A stretch of 64,000 bases of DNA from Bdellovibrionota bacterium. Lineage in GTDB: Bacteria > Bdellovibrionota > UBA1018 > CAIPTA01 > JAALKR01. The notes below the pieces were generated by a model. It saw only the letters and a list, made by a program, of their open reading frames with translations. It was not told the origin of the DNA and did no database searches. The stretch is taken from contig CBDBMJ010000003.1 in NCBI GenBank assembly GCA_965207455.1, positions 96,001 to 160,000 of the forward strand. Direction: 5' to 3'. Made by a program: the position numbers and the translations under genes. Shown piece by piece: positions 20,317-29,510 of this stretch (the first letter of the stretch is position 1; the number at the start of each line of letters is the position of its first letter).

Positions 20317-21069
20317 ATGAAATCTCGCCCCAATATTACTGCCACAATTATTACCTTAAATGAGGAAGAGAGCTTACTGCGCACTTTGGAAAGTCTTGCT
20401 TGGGTGGAAGAAATTGTGGTGGTGGACTGTGGTTCCGTGGATAAAACTCAACAGATTGCCCAAGCAGCAGGAGCAAAAGTAATAGAAAACAAATGGCAGG
20501 GCTATGGACAGCAAAAGAATTTTGCCATGGAACAGGCCACCCATGATTGGGTACTCAATCTGGATGCAGATGAAGTAATAAGCCCGGAGCTAAAAAAAGA
20601 AATAGAGCTTTTTTTACAATCCCCGGAGTTAACAAATTATCGAGGAGCAAAGATGCCAAGACGGGCATGGTATTTGGGACGATGGATTCGCCATGGGGGA
20701 TGGTATCCAAATTACACCACACGCTTAAGCCATAAAAAATACAGCCGCTGGACGGAGCCTCCCATCCATGAATCCCTTGGGGTGGACGGCAAGGTATATT
20801 CCTTTTCCCGTGATCTACTCCACTATCCTTTCTCCACCATGGGAGAACAGATAAACGCAAATGTGCGCTACGCTCAATTAGGTGCTGCCACAGCAAAAGC
20901 CCAAGGAGAGAAATCCTCCCTTATGAAGATACTCTCAAGACCCACCGTAAAATTTTTAGAAACCTATATTTGGAAACGGGGATTTTTAGACGGCTTCCCG
21001 GGTTTTGTGATTGCCGTAAATAGTTCCCATTCCATGTTTATGAAGTATGTGGAGATCTACCTTGCCTAA
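20317..21069 (+). CDS. GT2 glycosyltransferase (WaaE/KdtX-like, LPS core)
   Basis: ITLNEE, VVDCGSVD, QKNFA, LDADE, GWYP, IHE, GFLDG. Confidence 0.9.
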   Translation: MKSRPNITATIITLNEEESLLRTLESLAWVEEIVVVDCGSVDKTQQIAQAAGAKVIENKWQGYGQQKNFAMEQATHDWVLNLDADEVISPELKKEIELFLQSPELTNYRGAKMPRRAWYLGRWIRHGGWYPNYTTRLSHKKYSRWTEPPIHESLGVDGKVYSFSRDLLHYPFSTMGEQINANVRYAQLGAATAKAQGEKSSLMKILSRPTVKFLETYIWKRGFLDGFPGFVIAVNSSHSMFMKYVEIYLA

Positions 21070-21763
21070 TATTCTAATTATCGACAACAATATAATGCAG
21101 CCCCATGGGTGCTTAGACATTACCCGTACCCTACTGGAAAACACAAAAGATGGACTGGATACCACCGTTTGTCGAGGACCAGAGCAACAAATTCCTTTCT
21201 CTTCCAAAGGTTTTGACGGGGTTATTATCTCCGGATCCAAAACCACAATCCTAGACAATGCACCTTGGGTGGGGCAACTCATGGACTTCATTCGTAAACT
21301 ACACCAAGAAAAAATTCCTGCTCTGGGTATCTGTTACGGATCTCAGATTATTATAAAATCCCTGTTTGGAGATAACCATGTTCGCAGGGCTCGTACCCCT
21401 GAGGTGGGCTTAGTAAAAATTAAACTTACCGATGGGGGAAAAAAATCTCCTATTTTTGAGAATCTGCCTCACGAGTTTTATTCCTTTTGTTATCACTTCG
21501 ACGAAATAGCTAAACTACCACAGGAATACGCCATCACAGCCCTATCCCAAAACTGCGCCATCCAAGGCTATGACGTTCCCAACACTCCAATATGGGGCAT
21601 ACAGTTCCATCCGGAAAAGAACCCGAAAGAATGTGCCGCAAATGTGAGGAGTATAAAGGAAGAGATTTCGGGAATATCTATTTTTAATGAAGATGATCTG
21701 GAGAAAATGTTTGACCGCACGGTAGGAGATAAAATCTTTACGAACTTCTTAAAGCAAGTCTAA
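21062..21763 (+). CDS. Class I glutamine amidotransferase-like protein
   Basis: GVIISGS, LGICYGSQ, GIQFHPE triad; likely TTG start after GGAG. Confidence 0.88.
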   Translation: MPNILIIDNNIMQPHGCLDITRTLLENTKDGLDTTVCRGPEQQIPFSSKGFDGVIISGSKTTILDNAPWVGQLMDFIRKLHQEKIPALGICYGSQIIIKSLFGDNHVRRARTPEVGLVKIKLTDGGKKSPIFENLPHEFYSFCYHFDEIAKLPQEYAITALSQNCAIQGYDVPNTPIWGIQFHPEKNPKECAANVRSIKEEISGISIFNEDDLEKMFDRTVGDKIFTNFLKQV

Positions 21764-21875
21764 GCCAAGCTTTGGGCATACACTCCCATATTCGGACACC
21801 GGAGCTGGGAGAGTCGCTCCAGAAAGAGATTTTCCGTTACGCTACTAAGGCCTAAATCTTGCATTTTTTCTCTTA

Positions 21876-23189
21876 ATGGGAAAACAGTACTATATCTCCG
21901 CTGCTATCAAAATCCTCAGTAAACATGCTTTTGGTTTTCCAGAAATAAAAAAAGGACAGGAAGAAATTATCCGAGCCCTAGCTCTGGGTCGATCTGTTTT
22001 TGCTATCTTCCCAACAGGCTACGGTAAAACCTTATGCTACCAAATCCCTGTACTCCTATGGAACTGGAAAATATTTATCGTCTCCCCTCTTATTTCCTTG
22101 CTCCTCGATCAACGAGAGAGAATGGAAAAAGCAGGCATACCCACTCTTTGCTTCCACAGCGGGCTTTCCAAGGAGGAAAGAAAAGAAATGAACAAAAAAC
22201 TCTGGGCGGGTAAGTGGAACATTGTACTCCTGTCGCCTGAGCGCCTCTACCTCTGGGAGCAAAAAAAAATATGGTCCAGTCTCCAAAAAAGATTCACTAT
22301 CCAATGTATTGTATTGGACGAAGTTCACTGCTTTATAGAGTGGAAGAATTTCCGTCCCGCTTATGCAAAACTCAGCACATTGCTGGAAAACACTGGACAA
22401 ACACGGGTGCTAGGCCTTAGTGCTACCCTTAGCAATCAAAGTGCAAAAGAGCTTTGCCTCCAATGGAAAAAAAATATCTCCATCGCCAGGCTCCCCATCG
22501 GCAAAGAAAACATACAAATCCAAGTGCTCCCCATGAAAGACGAAGCCCAACGATGGCTCACCCTATGCGCTTCCCTAAAAAATATCCAAGCCCCCAATAT
22601 AACCATCGTGTACTGTACCACTCGCAGGGATTGTGAAGAGATTGCCTGCTTTTTACTCGCTGCTGGCTGGAGTGCTATTGCCTACCACGCCGGCGTGCCT
22701 CCCATAGAAAGAACTCGACGACAAAATGCTTTTATGCGAGGAAACATTTCCGTTATCTGTGCAACCACTGCCTTTGGCCTCGGCGTAGACTACCCATGGG
22801 TAGAGCGCATTATCCACTGGAAAGCTCCCCCAGACTTGGAGACCTACTGGCAGGAAGTGGGCAGGGCAGGAAGGGCCGGTCAACCAGCCCAAGCCATCGT
22901 CCTGTGGAACTGGAGCAACCTGATGGAATCTCGTGCCTTTTGGCAAGGCGCTCCCAAGGAACGAAAGAAGAAAAAAGAAAAGGGACGCCTCCTCTGGGAA
23001 TACCTCTTCTCCACCACCTGTAGAAAAAAATATATTGCCCAATACTTCGGCCTCTCCTCCTCCAACTGCCAAAAATGCGACACCTGCCTGCATCCACTAA
23101 ACCCTAAAGACCCGTGGTGGCGCATCACCGGCAAGCAACATATGCGAGATTTCTTTTCAGAAGAAAAAAAGGATACAGTATTACTGTGA
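21876..23189 (+). CDS. recQ: RecQ-family helicase (short form, no HRDC)
   Basis: PTGYGKT, DEVH, LSAT, YHAG, AFGLGVD, QEVGRAGR, Cys cluster CR...CQKCDTC. Confidence 0.88.
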   Translation: MGKQYYISAAIKILSKHAFGFPEIKKGQEEIIRALALGRSVFAIFPTGYGKTLCYQIPVLLWNWKIFIVSPLISLLLDQRERMEKAGIPTLCFHSGLSKEERKEMNKKLWAGKWNIVLLSPERLYLWEQKKIWSSLQKRFTIQCIVLDEVHCFIEWKNFRPAYAKLSTLLENTGQTRVLGLSATLSNQSAKELCLQWKKNISIARLPIGKENIQIQVLPMKDEAQRWLTLCASLKNIQAPNITIVYCTTRRDCEEIACFLLAAGWSAIAYHAGVPPIERTRRQNAFMRGNISVICATTAFGLGVDYPWVERIIHWKAPPDLETYWQEVGRAGRAGQPAQAIVLWNWSNLMESRAFWQGAPKERKKKKEKGRLLWEYLFSTTCRKKYIAQYFGLSSSNCQKCDTCLHPLNPKDPWWRITGKQHMRDFFSEEKKDTVLL

Positions 23190-23233
23190 ACTTTTCACTC
23201 AAGGCGTGTACAATAACAAAAGCCTGCCAAAAG

Positions 23234-23322
23234 GCCGGGGTGGTGAAATTGGTAGACACACAGGACTTAAAATCCTGGGGGTGTTAAAACCCGTGCCGGT
23301 TCAAGTCCGGCTCCCGGCACCA
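23234..23322 (+). tRNA. tRNA-Leu(TAA)
   Basis: GCCGGGG/CTCCCGGC acceptor, CAGGA-CTTAAAA-TCCTG anticodon arm, long variable arm, encoded CCA. Confidence 0.97.
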
Positions 23323-23326
23323 CAAT

Positions 23327-24540
23327 TTAACTATTCCTTTCCTGGTGCTGAGTAAAGACATAAACCCAGGCAGCAAAGGACTTTGACTGCAATCTATATT
23401 CTCCTCTTTTATCCTTACTTGGCAGAATAATATTTTTCTTTTTCATAGAGTTAAGAGCATTACCCACCGTATGCTCAGGAATTCCAGAATTTTTTATTAT
23501 ATCACTACGAGAGATCCAGTTATCTGAAAACTCTGACATATACTTTAAAACTTTCCGATAATCGATCGATTCTATTTCTTCAAAATAAATTCTATTAAAC
23601 AGGCTTTCTCCCAACTGCTTCAAAGCTCCTTTTTTTTCATCAAAAATACCTACATCAATATCATTCCTATCAATATTATTATCTTCATCTGCCTCAAAAC
23701 AACTGTAAGCAAATTGCTGTAAAAAATAGGGATACCCCTGAGATAAATAAGCTATTTCTTGACTTGCTTCTCTTGTAATATCCGTTCTCACATCATTCTT
23801 TTGATTGGCTTCCTTTAGTCCCTTACTTATAACCTTATTCTATCTGCATCTTCTAAAGTTTTTAAATTCAATACATTGAATAACCTTAAAGAAGATTCAT
23901 GACTATCTCTCAATTTTCCCATAATCGCATCTAAACCAAAAAGACCAATACACACTTTATTACAATTTATTTTTGTTAACCTTTCAGTTAATAATTTTAA
24001 AAACGATCCTAAATTGGAATCCTGTCGTGGACGATCAGCCTCATCCATAAGAATTAAAATCCCCTCAACTTTCCCAGAGTCTATAATACCTTTCAGTAAA
24101 TTTGCAATGTCGGCTACAGCACTATAGAGTTCAACCTCCTCTTTTTTTAATCGGAATATATCGCTCTCTATTTGGCTTGCAATTTTCAGAACTGTATTGA
24201 AAAGACCTTTAATTTTATCAACCTGTTTCAATTGTATTTTCACTTCAGCTATCATTTTACTTATAATGTCTAAAAAATTAAAATGGCTCTCTAACTCAAA
24301 ACTAACTACCAGAAAATTATGACTACCGTTGGAGGGGCTAGCTAAATTTTCTGCATAGGAAAGCAGGGAGCTCTTTCCAATCCCTCGTTCCCCCTGAATA
24401 ATAAAATTTTGAGGATTGCCGTTTTTGGTTTGAATCAAAGCTCTCTCTATAGCTCTAATCTCAACCTCCCTTCCGCAAAACATATCTGCGTGAATAATAT
24501 GACCTGGCTTATAGGGGTTGTATTTTATAGATTCTATCGA
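23327..24540 (-). pseudogene. Frameshifted AAA/P-loop ATPase with C-terminal wHTH (track ORFs 23827..24483 and 23327..23791)
   Basis: NPYKPG...FCGRE, Walker A GERGIGKSS, Walker B ILILMDEAD; frames join as ...DADRI/KVISKGLKEANQKN...SQGYPYFLQ with one base missing near 23835; no ATG upstream of NPYKPG. Confidence 0.75.
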
Positions 24541-24560
24541 TTTTACTGTACTATAGAAAA

Positions 24561-24600
24561 GACTACTTTTCGCTACTTTTCGCTACTTTTCACTACTTTT
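24561..24600. repeat. 10-bp tandem repeat x4 (consensus CGCTACTTTT)
   Basis: gactactttt cgctactttt cgctactttt cactactttt. Confidence 0.85.
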
Positions 24601-24610
24601 TTAGGCCGAC

Positions 24611-24632
24611 GCTGGCTCTAGCCTTTCTCCCT
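24611..24632 (+). repeat. 22-bp exact direct repeat; second copy at 26041..26062
   Basis: GCTGGCTCTAGCCTTTCTCCCT at both positions. Confidence 0.9.
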
Positions 24633-24786
24633 CTAACTTGCTCGAAATTGTTAGTTTATTTTTTTTCGAGCAATTTTCAGGTGCTCTCCTAATAAGAAAA
24701 ATTGTAAACAATCGCGAGTGTCCCAATGCCAATCGACACTACGAAAAACGAACGTAAAACGAATAGCGCACAAGATTGAATTTTTT

Positions 24787-25494
24787 TCATTTCTTACTCC
24801 CCCTTTCGTTAACTAGAAATTTGCCTTGAACTAGCTTAAACATATAGCAATATTTAAATACACCTCTCTCATTTGCTATTTTTACAATAAGGTAAGGCTT
24901 TTCTGAACCTGCTATTGCTCCCTTTCTAAACAAATATTCGCTATCAGCAGGACTGTAATGCTTACCTCCATACTGATTGTCCGAATGATAAATTTGCTTA
25001 AGACTTCCATCAGACTGCACTGACAGATTCAGAGAACTACTAAAAGCCCTATCTGTGTGCCTTCTAATTTTTCTTATCCTTCTTGGAGATATGTGATCAA
25101 AATAGGTTGGACCCTTCCCAGGATTAGTCCATATACTAAATTTATACCCAGTAACTAATGTGGGACTAAATCTGTATCGACGTCCCGTTGCAATCAGTAA
25201 TCCGTTTCCAGCAGTAAACTCTGAATAGAAGCATCGCCCACTCATCCAAGCAGTAATTTCACTAGCAAATACTGTTCCCGCATTCTCAAAAGCCTCTTCC
25301 AGTTTTTCGTAGCTAGCATCAGCAATTAATGGAAGTTCACCTAACCCTCCAGAATCTGACGACTGCCCATACGCTGGCATAGTATATCCTGTTAATCCCA
25401 TGGTAAGTACCATCGCTACTACGGTTATTCTATTTTTTTGTTTCTTCATTTTGTTTGCTCTCTTTTTCATTAATGATGCATTGTATTGACCCAT
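24787..25494 (-). CDS. Hypothetical secreted protein (likely start 25449)
   Basis: Signal peptide MKKQKNRITVVAMVLTMGLTGYTMPAYG; WMSGRCF and YCY motifs. Confidence 0.7.
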   Translation of the reverse strand: MGQYNASLMKKRANKMKKQKNRITVVAMVLTMGLTGYTMPAYGQSSDSGGLGELPLIADASYEKLEEAFENAGTVFASEITAWMSGRCFYSEFTAGNGLLIATGRRYRFSPTLVTGYKFSIWTNPGKGPTYFDHISPRRIRKIRRHTDRAFSSSLNLSVQSDGSLKQIYHSDNQYGGKHYSPADSEYLFRKGAIAGSEKPYLIVKIANERGVFKYCYMFKLVQGKFLVNERGSKK

Positions 25495-25981
25495 AGTTAG
25501 CTCGTGATAGTGGTAGATTTATTTCCGACTTCGCTTAAAATAGGCTTAGAAATGTCCTCTTCATTCTTGAGACACACATCCATAATGCGACGAGCCTTAA
25601 TGAATCTACCGTAAAGGAGAGGCTTGTCACCATATACAAAAAATAGTTTCATATTATCTTCCATGGAGAGAGTACCCAAAAAATGATTGGGCGCCTCGTC
25701 GTCCCCTGAGTATCCGTAAGCTTCGTATGTATCGTTGCTTTGATTTCATTGTATTTAACCCCTGTTTTTAAGTTAATGCAACATACCAAAAAAAATTAAG
25801 TTAATCAAGTACCGTTTTTGTTTTTTCTCAAAAATCGTTAAACGCTTGTATTTTAAACAGGTTACAGCTTGGTGGTATGGTAACTCAGTCGCAAGTAAAT
25901 GAGTGCTCCTAAGACCTGTCAAGGGGTGCACTGGGAGAGCATACTTGACCCCTTCTGGATATCCCCATACACTCAAAACAG

Positions 25982-26626
25982 ATGAAGCTTTTTGCCGCAC
26001 CATACAAAGCATTCCAACTTCTTATAAAAAGTCCAAGCTTGCTGGCTCTAGCCTTTCTCCCTGGTGCTGTCGCCCTGCTGCTCACAGTCCTTTCCTTGCT
26101 CTTTGCTTGGCAGCAGTGGTTAGGTCCCATGGATAACCTTTGGCTTTCCATACCTATCATTCTTGTTCTTTCTCCTATTTTCTGGATTGCTTTCGGCAAC
26201 CTCGCTATTATCCCCATTGAAGACACTATTATCGACAAAGTACAGCTTGCTGTTTGGAATGAAGTGCGTATTCCGTCGACGGAATTTCATATGAAGCGAA
26301 TGTTGACAGAGTCTGTGTATTCCCTGTCTCTTACTCTCTTTTTTCTATTCCTTCTCCTTATTAGCTTCATACCCGGTCTTGTAATTCTCTCCTACCTTGC
26401 TGCCTCCTGGGCGATTGCTTGGAGTTTTCTAGCCGCCTATTACGCCAGAAAAAGCTTCACTCTACGGCAGAAACTAAAAACTTTTTTTTCCAGTCCCTTC
26501 ACTCATTTTCTTTTAGGTGCATTTTTAAATCTTTTGCTGTTTATCCCGATTGTAAATGTGTGGTTGCTAGGCTACGCCCTGATCCTTAGCACATTGGTAG
26601 CGATGGAGCAGGAAACCAGTTCATAG
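25982..26626 (+). CDS. EI24/CysZ-like membrane protein
   Basis: PSLLALAFLP N-terminus, several TMs, LLFIPIVN C-terminus. Confidence 0.7.
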   Translation: MKLFAAPYKAFQLLIKSPSLLALAFLPGAVALLLTVLSLLFAWQQWLGPMDNLWLSIPIILVLSPIFWIAFGNLAIIPIEDTIIDKVQLAVWNEVRIPSTEFHMKRMLTESVYSLSLTLFFLFLLLISFIPGLVILSYLAASWAIAWSFLAAYYARKSFTLRQKLKTFFSSPFTHFLLGAFLNLLLFIPIVNVWLLGYALILSTLVAMEQETSS

Positions 26627-26766
26627 AGGAAAATTGCGACACGGATCAAGATTGTGCCGACAATCTACCAAATATAAGCAAAATAAATCTCATATCAGCG
26701 ATTCCCCTCTTGACTCTTAAGCCACAGATACATAATTTGTAGTTTCATAGAAAGCAGAAATGATAA

Positions 26767-26845
26767 CGGGATGTAGCGCAGCTTGGCTTAGCGCACTTGC
26801 ATGGGGTGCAAGGGGTCGCTGGTTCGAATCCAGTCATCCCGACCA
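26767..26845 (+). tRNA. tRNA-Pro(GGG)
   Basis: CGGGATG/CATCCCG acceptor, CTTGC-ATGGGGT-GCAAG anticodon arm, GGTTCGAATCC, CCA. Confidence 0.97.
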
Positions 26846-27251
26846 AAACAAATCACTACCCACTGGTTGAACCTAACTTGCCCTCTAATGCAAAAAAGCT
26901 AGAGGATTCGAACGCGGAGTAATGACCTGCGCTGGTTCCGAGTAAGCGAGGAACTAGTGTGGGGAAAAAAATCTTTTGATGATTTTTTAAATTACGCAGG
27001 GGAGCCTACGCAATAAAATCCCTGGATGGGATTTTATGTAGTGGGTTGAATCCAGTCATCCCGACCAAAACAAATCACTACCCACTGGTTGAACCTAACT
27101 TGCCCTCTAATGCAAAAAAGCTAGAGGATTCGAACGCGGAGTAATGACCTGCGCTGCGACCAAAACAAATCACTACCCACTGGTTGAACCTAACTTGCCC
27201 TCTAATGCAAAAAAGCTAGAGGATTCGAACGCGGAGTAATGACCTGCGCTG
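26826..27251 (+). repeat. tRNA-Pro-linked repeat array: 109 bp at 26826..26934 and 27048..27156, plus 95 bp at 27157..27251
   Basis: Exact repeats that begin with the tRNA 3' end (GAATCCAGTCATCCCGACCA). Confidence 0.93.
26881..27049 (+). ncRNA. Structured tRNA-linked element, copy A (candidate ncRNA or non-autonomous mobile element)
   Basis: About 80% identical by eye to 35896..36063, with covarying hairpins. Confidence 0.6.
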
Positions 27252-27479
27252 CGAATTGACTCATAAAAAACGGGGTTGTTGCATAAATAGCTCCAAATTG
27301 AGTCTGTGAGAGACCTCTAATGCCCTCTAGGGTTCTTGAGGCGCCTGACTACTCATTTAGGAATGCTCCCTCTCCTCCACTATTACCTAAAAGATATGTG
27401 GATGGGCTCCCTATACCCCAAAATCAATCCTTACAAAATATTATGCAACAACCCACTTTTCAATGTTAATATTTACAAT

Positions 27480-28406
27480 ATGTTGCCTAGACCAATCATA
27501 CCCTCACTGACTCTCACCTTTAGCCTCTTCTTTTTTAGCTTTTTCTTGGCTTCTCCCCTTTCTGCTAAAATTCAGAAAAAACCGTGCAGCCCCTTTGCTC
27601 AAAAAGGTTGCATGCCACCACCATCTCTAAGCGCCTGCCCATCAAAAAAGATTCTAAAAAACATTCAAGACAAGTCCATCCAGTACCAAGTGATAACAGC
27701 AATCCTTGATCATAAGTGTGAGGAGGAAGCAAAAGCAGTGTTCCCTCGCTTGAGCACAGATCCTTATGTGCATACTAGGCGCTTAGTGACCCGTGCATTG
27801 TACCTAGGAAAATTCTGGGATCTGGGAAAGGAGCTCTTTCCCAAACTGGCTCGCGATAAGGATTCAAGCGTACGAAATAATGTGGTAGCTGCTATGGTCA
27901 GGAGTCAAGACAAAGAGCTTGCAGGAACTATTTTTCATCAACTAATAAACGACACCTCCAGTGATATACGAAAGAATATTGCCGATGCCATTGGACAAAA
28001 TAAGTTTAAGGCACTTGCCATAGAGCTTCTACCAAAGCTTATAGAAGACAGTGACGATTCCGTACAACAGATAGCCATCGAGTCCATTGGCAGACTAAAG
28101 CTCTTGGGACTGGCCGAAAAATTTTTTCCAACACAGGCCCAGAGCACGAACCAAATCAATCGCTTTAAAGTGGCATACGCCATTGGATCAGGAGGATTTA
28201 CAAAACTAGCCGAAAGATTTTTTCCAACCTTCGCTAAAGATAAAAAAACAAATGTACGACGAGCCACTGCCTCCTCTATCGGCAAATTACAGAGCATAAA
28301 ACTAAGACCACTCTTAGAGGATTTAAAGAAAGATGAGATCCCAGTTGTGAGAAGAATAGCCACTAAAGCTGCAAAGAAACTAGATGCCACGGCTGAAGAA
28401 GAATGA
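27480..28406 (+). CDS. Secreted HEAT-repeat protein
   Basis: Signal peptide ending PLSA; repeated LxxD...VR..AA.AIG units; likely ATG 27480. Confidence 0.85.
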   Translation: MLPRPIIPSLTLTFSLFFFSFFLASPLSAKIQKKPCSPFAQKGCMPPPSLSACPSKKILKNIQDKSIQYQVITAILDHKCEEEAKAVFPRLSTDPYVHTRRLVTRALYLGKFWDLGKELFPKLARDKDSSVRNNVVAAMVRSQDKELAGTIFHQLINDTSSDIRKNIADAIGQNKFKALAIELLPKLIEDSDDSVQQIAIESIGRLKLLGLAEKFFPTQAQSTNQINRFKVAYAIGSGGFTKLAERFFPTFAKDKKTNVRRATASSIGKLQSIKLRPLLEDLKKDEIPVVRRIATKAAKKLDATAEEE

Positions 28407-28417
28407 GCCATGGACGC
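28297..28417 (+). repeat. 121-bp exact direct repeat, left copy (right copy 30615..30735)
   Basis: TAAAACTAAGACC...GAATGAGCCATGGACGC present twice, flanking the RM genes. Confidence 0.95.
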
Positions 28418-29510
28418 AAATGAAAGAAACAAAAAGGCAAGTGAATATACTTACGAGAAGATAAATAATTGCATCAAACACCCCATTTTATTATTAAAAG
28501 AAGATAATGAATACATGGAGTTGATCGACAGTTTTGTAAAAATTAAACAAAAAGGCTTTCGAGGTATTGTTTTAACCGCAATAGTCGGAAAATATCTCAA
28601 TAAAGACTTTAATCCTACTACTCAGTTTTATAACTGTAATCCAAGATCGATTTTTGAAAAAGGAATTCGCCATGCACTTATAAAACATAAAATTCCGCAT
28701 GGAAAATCTGACCCTTTGAATGTTGCAAAAAATATAGACATCTTAGATGAATCTTGGGCAAAAGGGAAGCGACCTGAGTCTGCAGCACTAGCTGTTGTAA
28801 CATTTCTTAGAAAATTACAGGACACAGAATATGAATCAGAAAAATATAAAAAATTAACAGATTTATTTTTCATGAAACTTGTGGAACTTAAAGACGATAT
28901 CGCAATTATTTCGACCAAGCTTCCAAACGTTGAACAATCAGAGCTTATCTTCGCTGAAAAATTAGCTAAGTTCATACATGAGGCACCCGAGGGAGGGGCT
29001 GTTCCACAGTTCGTTTTTGGCGCATTACTCATGGAACTTCGGGCAAGTCAGAAAACAAAAACAACGGTGCATGGCGCCAATGATAGTGTATTCAGCACAA
29101 ATACCGCATCAAGAAAGCCTGGAGACATATGGGAAGAGACAACACAAGGAGAAGTTATTTTTATATATGAGGTAACTGTAAAGCCCATTGATATAAATAG
29201 GCTTCAAGATTGCGCTGAAAACATTTCCAATTTAAAACTTAATTCAATTCCTGTAAAATTTTTATGCAGAATCCCTGAAGACATTAAATCCCTTCCACTT
29301 AAAAATGATTCCCGTGTTTTTATTTATCAAAATGTTGTATTCGAATTTATCTCTCTATCTAATTGGACTGTTGACATCTACACTTCTATTCCCACTGAAA
29401 GTCAAGAGTCTCTGAAGAGAAGAGTTGCTGAATTCATCGCATCTTACGATAGAGAAATAAACACTAAGAAAAAATGGAATATTTTTTTCAATTCTCATCG
29501 CTTATCTTAA
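28410..29510 (+). CDS. Probable type II restriction endonuclease (PD-(D/E)xK-like)
   Basis: AT-rich; convergent with a C5 MTase with stops overlapping in TTAA; KPGDIWE...YEVTVK candidate catalytic motif. Confidence 0.7.
   Translation: MDANERNKKASEYTYEKINNCIKHPILLLKEDNEYMELIDSFVKIKQKGFRGIVLTAIVGKYLNKDFNPTTQFYNCNPRSIFEKGIRHALIKHKIPHGKSDPLNVAKNIDILDESWAKGKRPESAALAVVTFLRKLQDTEYESEKYKKLTDLFFMKLVELKDDIAIISTKLPNVEQSELIFAEKLAKFIHEAPEGGAVPQFVFGALLMELRASQKTKTTVHGANDSVFSTNTASRKPGDIWEETTQGEVIFIYEVTVKPIDINRLQDCAENISNLKLNSIPVKFLCRIPEDIKSLPLKNDSRVFIYQNVVFEFISLSNWTVDIYTSIPTESQESLKRRVAEFIASYDREINTKKKWNIFFNSHRLS

Noticed and set aside
23300..23322. attL/attR pair for the tRNA-Leu islet
   Set aside because: I found no second copy of the tRNA-Leu 3' end in the window
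25497..25780. Short ORF(s) upstream of the secreted orphan gene
   Set aside because: No clear start or recognisable motif; possibly a gene remnant but not supportable
27048..27067. Additional tRNA genes or prophage attR at 27048 and 36064
   Set aside because: Only 16-20 nt of the 3' end is present, and the enclosed DNA is about 0.2 kb with no integrase
26826..27251. CRISPR array
   Set aside because: Repeats are 95-109 bp, lack regular unique spacers, derive from the tRNA 3' end, and no cas genes are present
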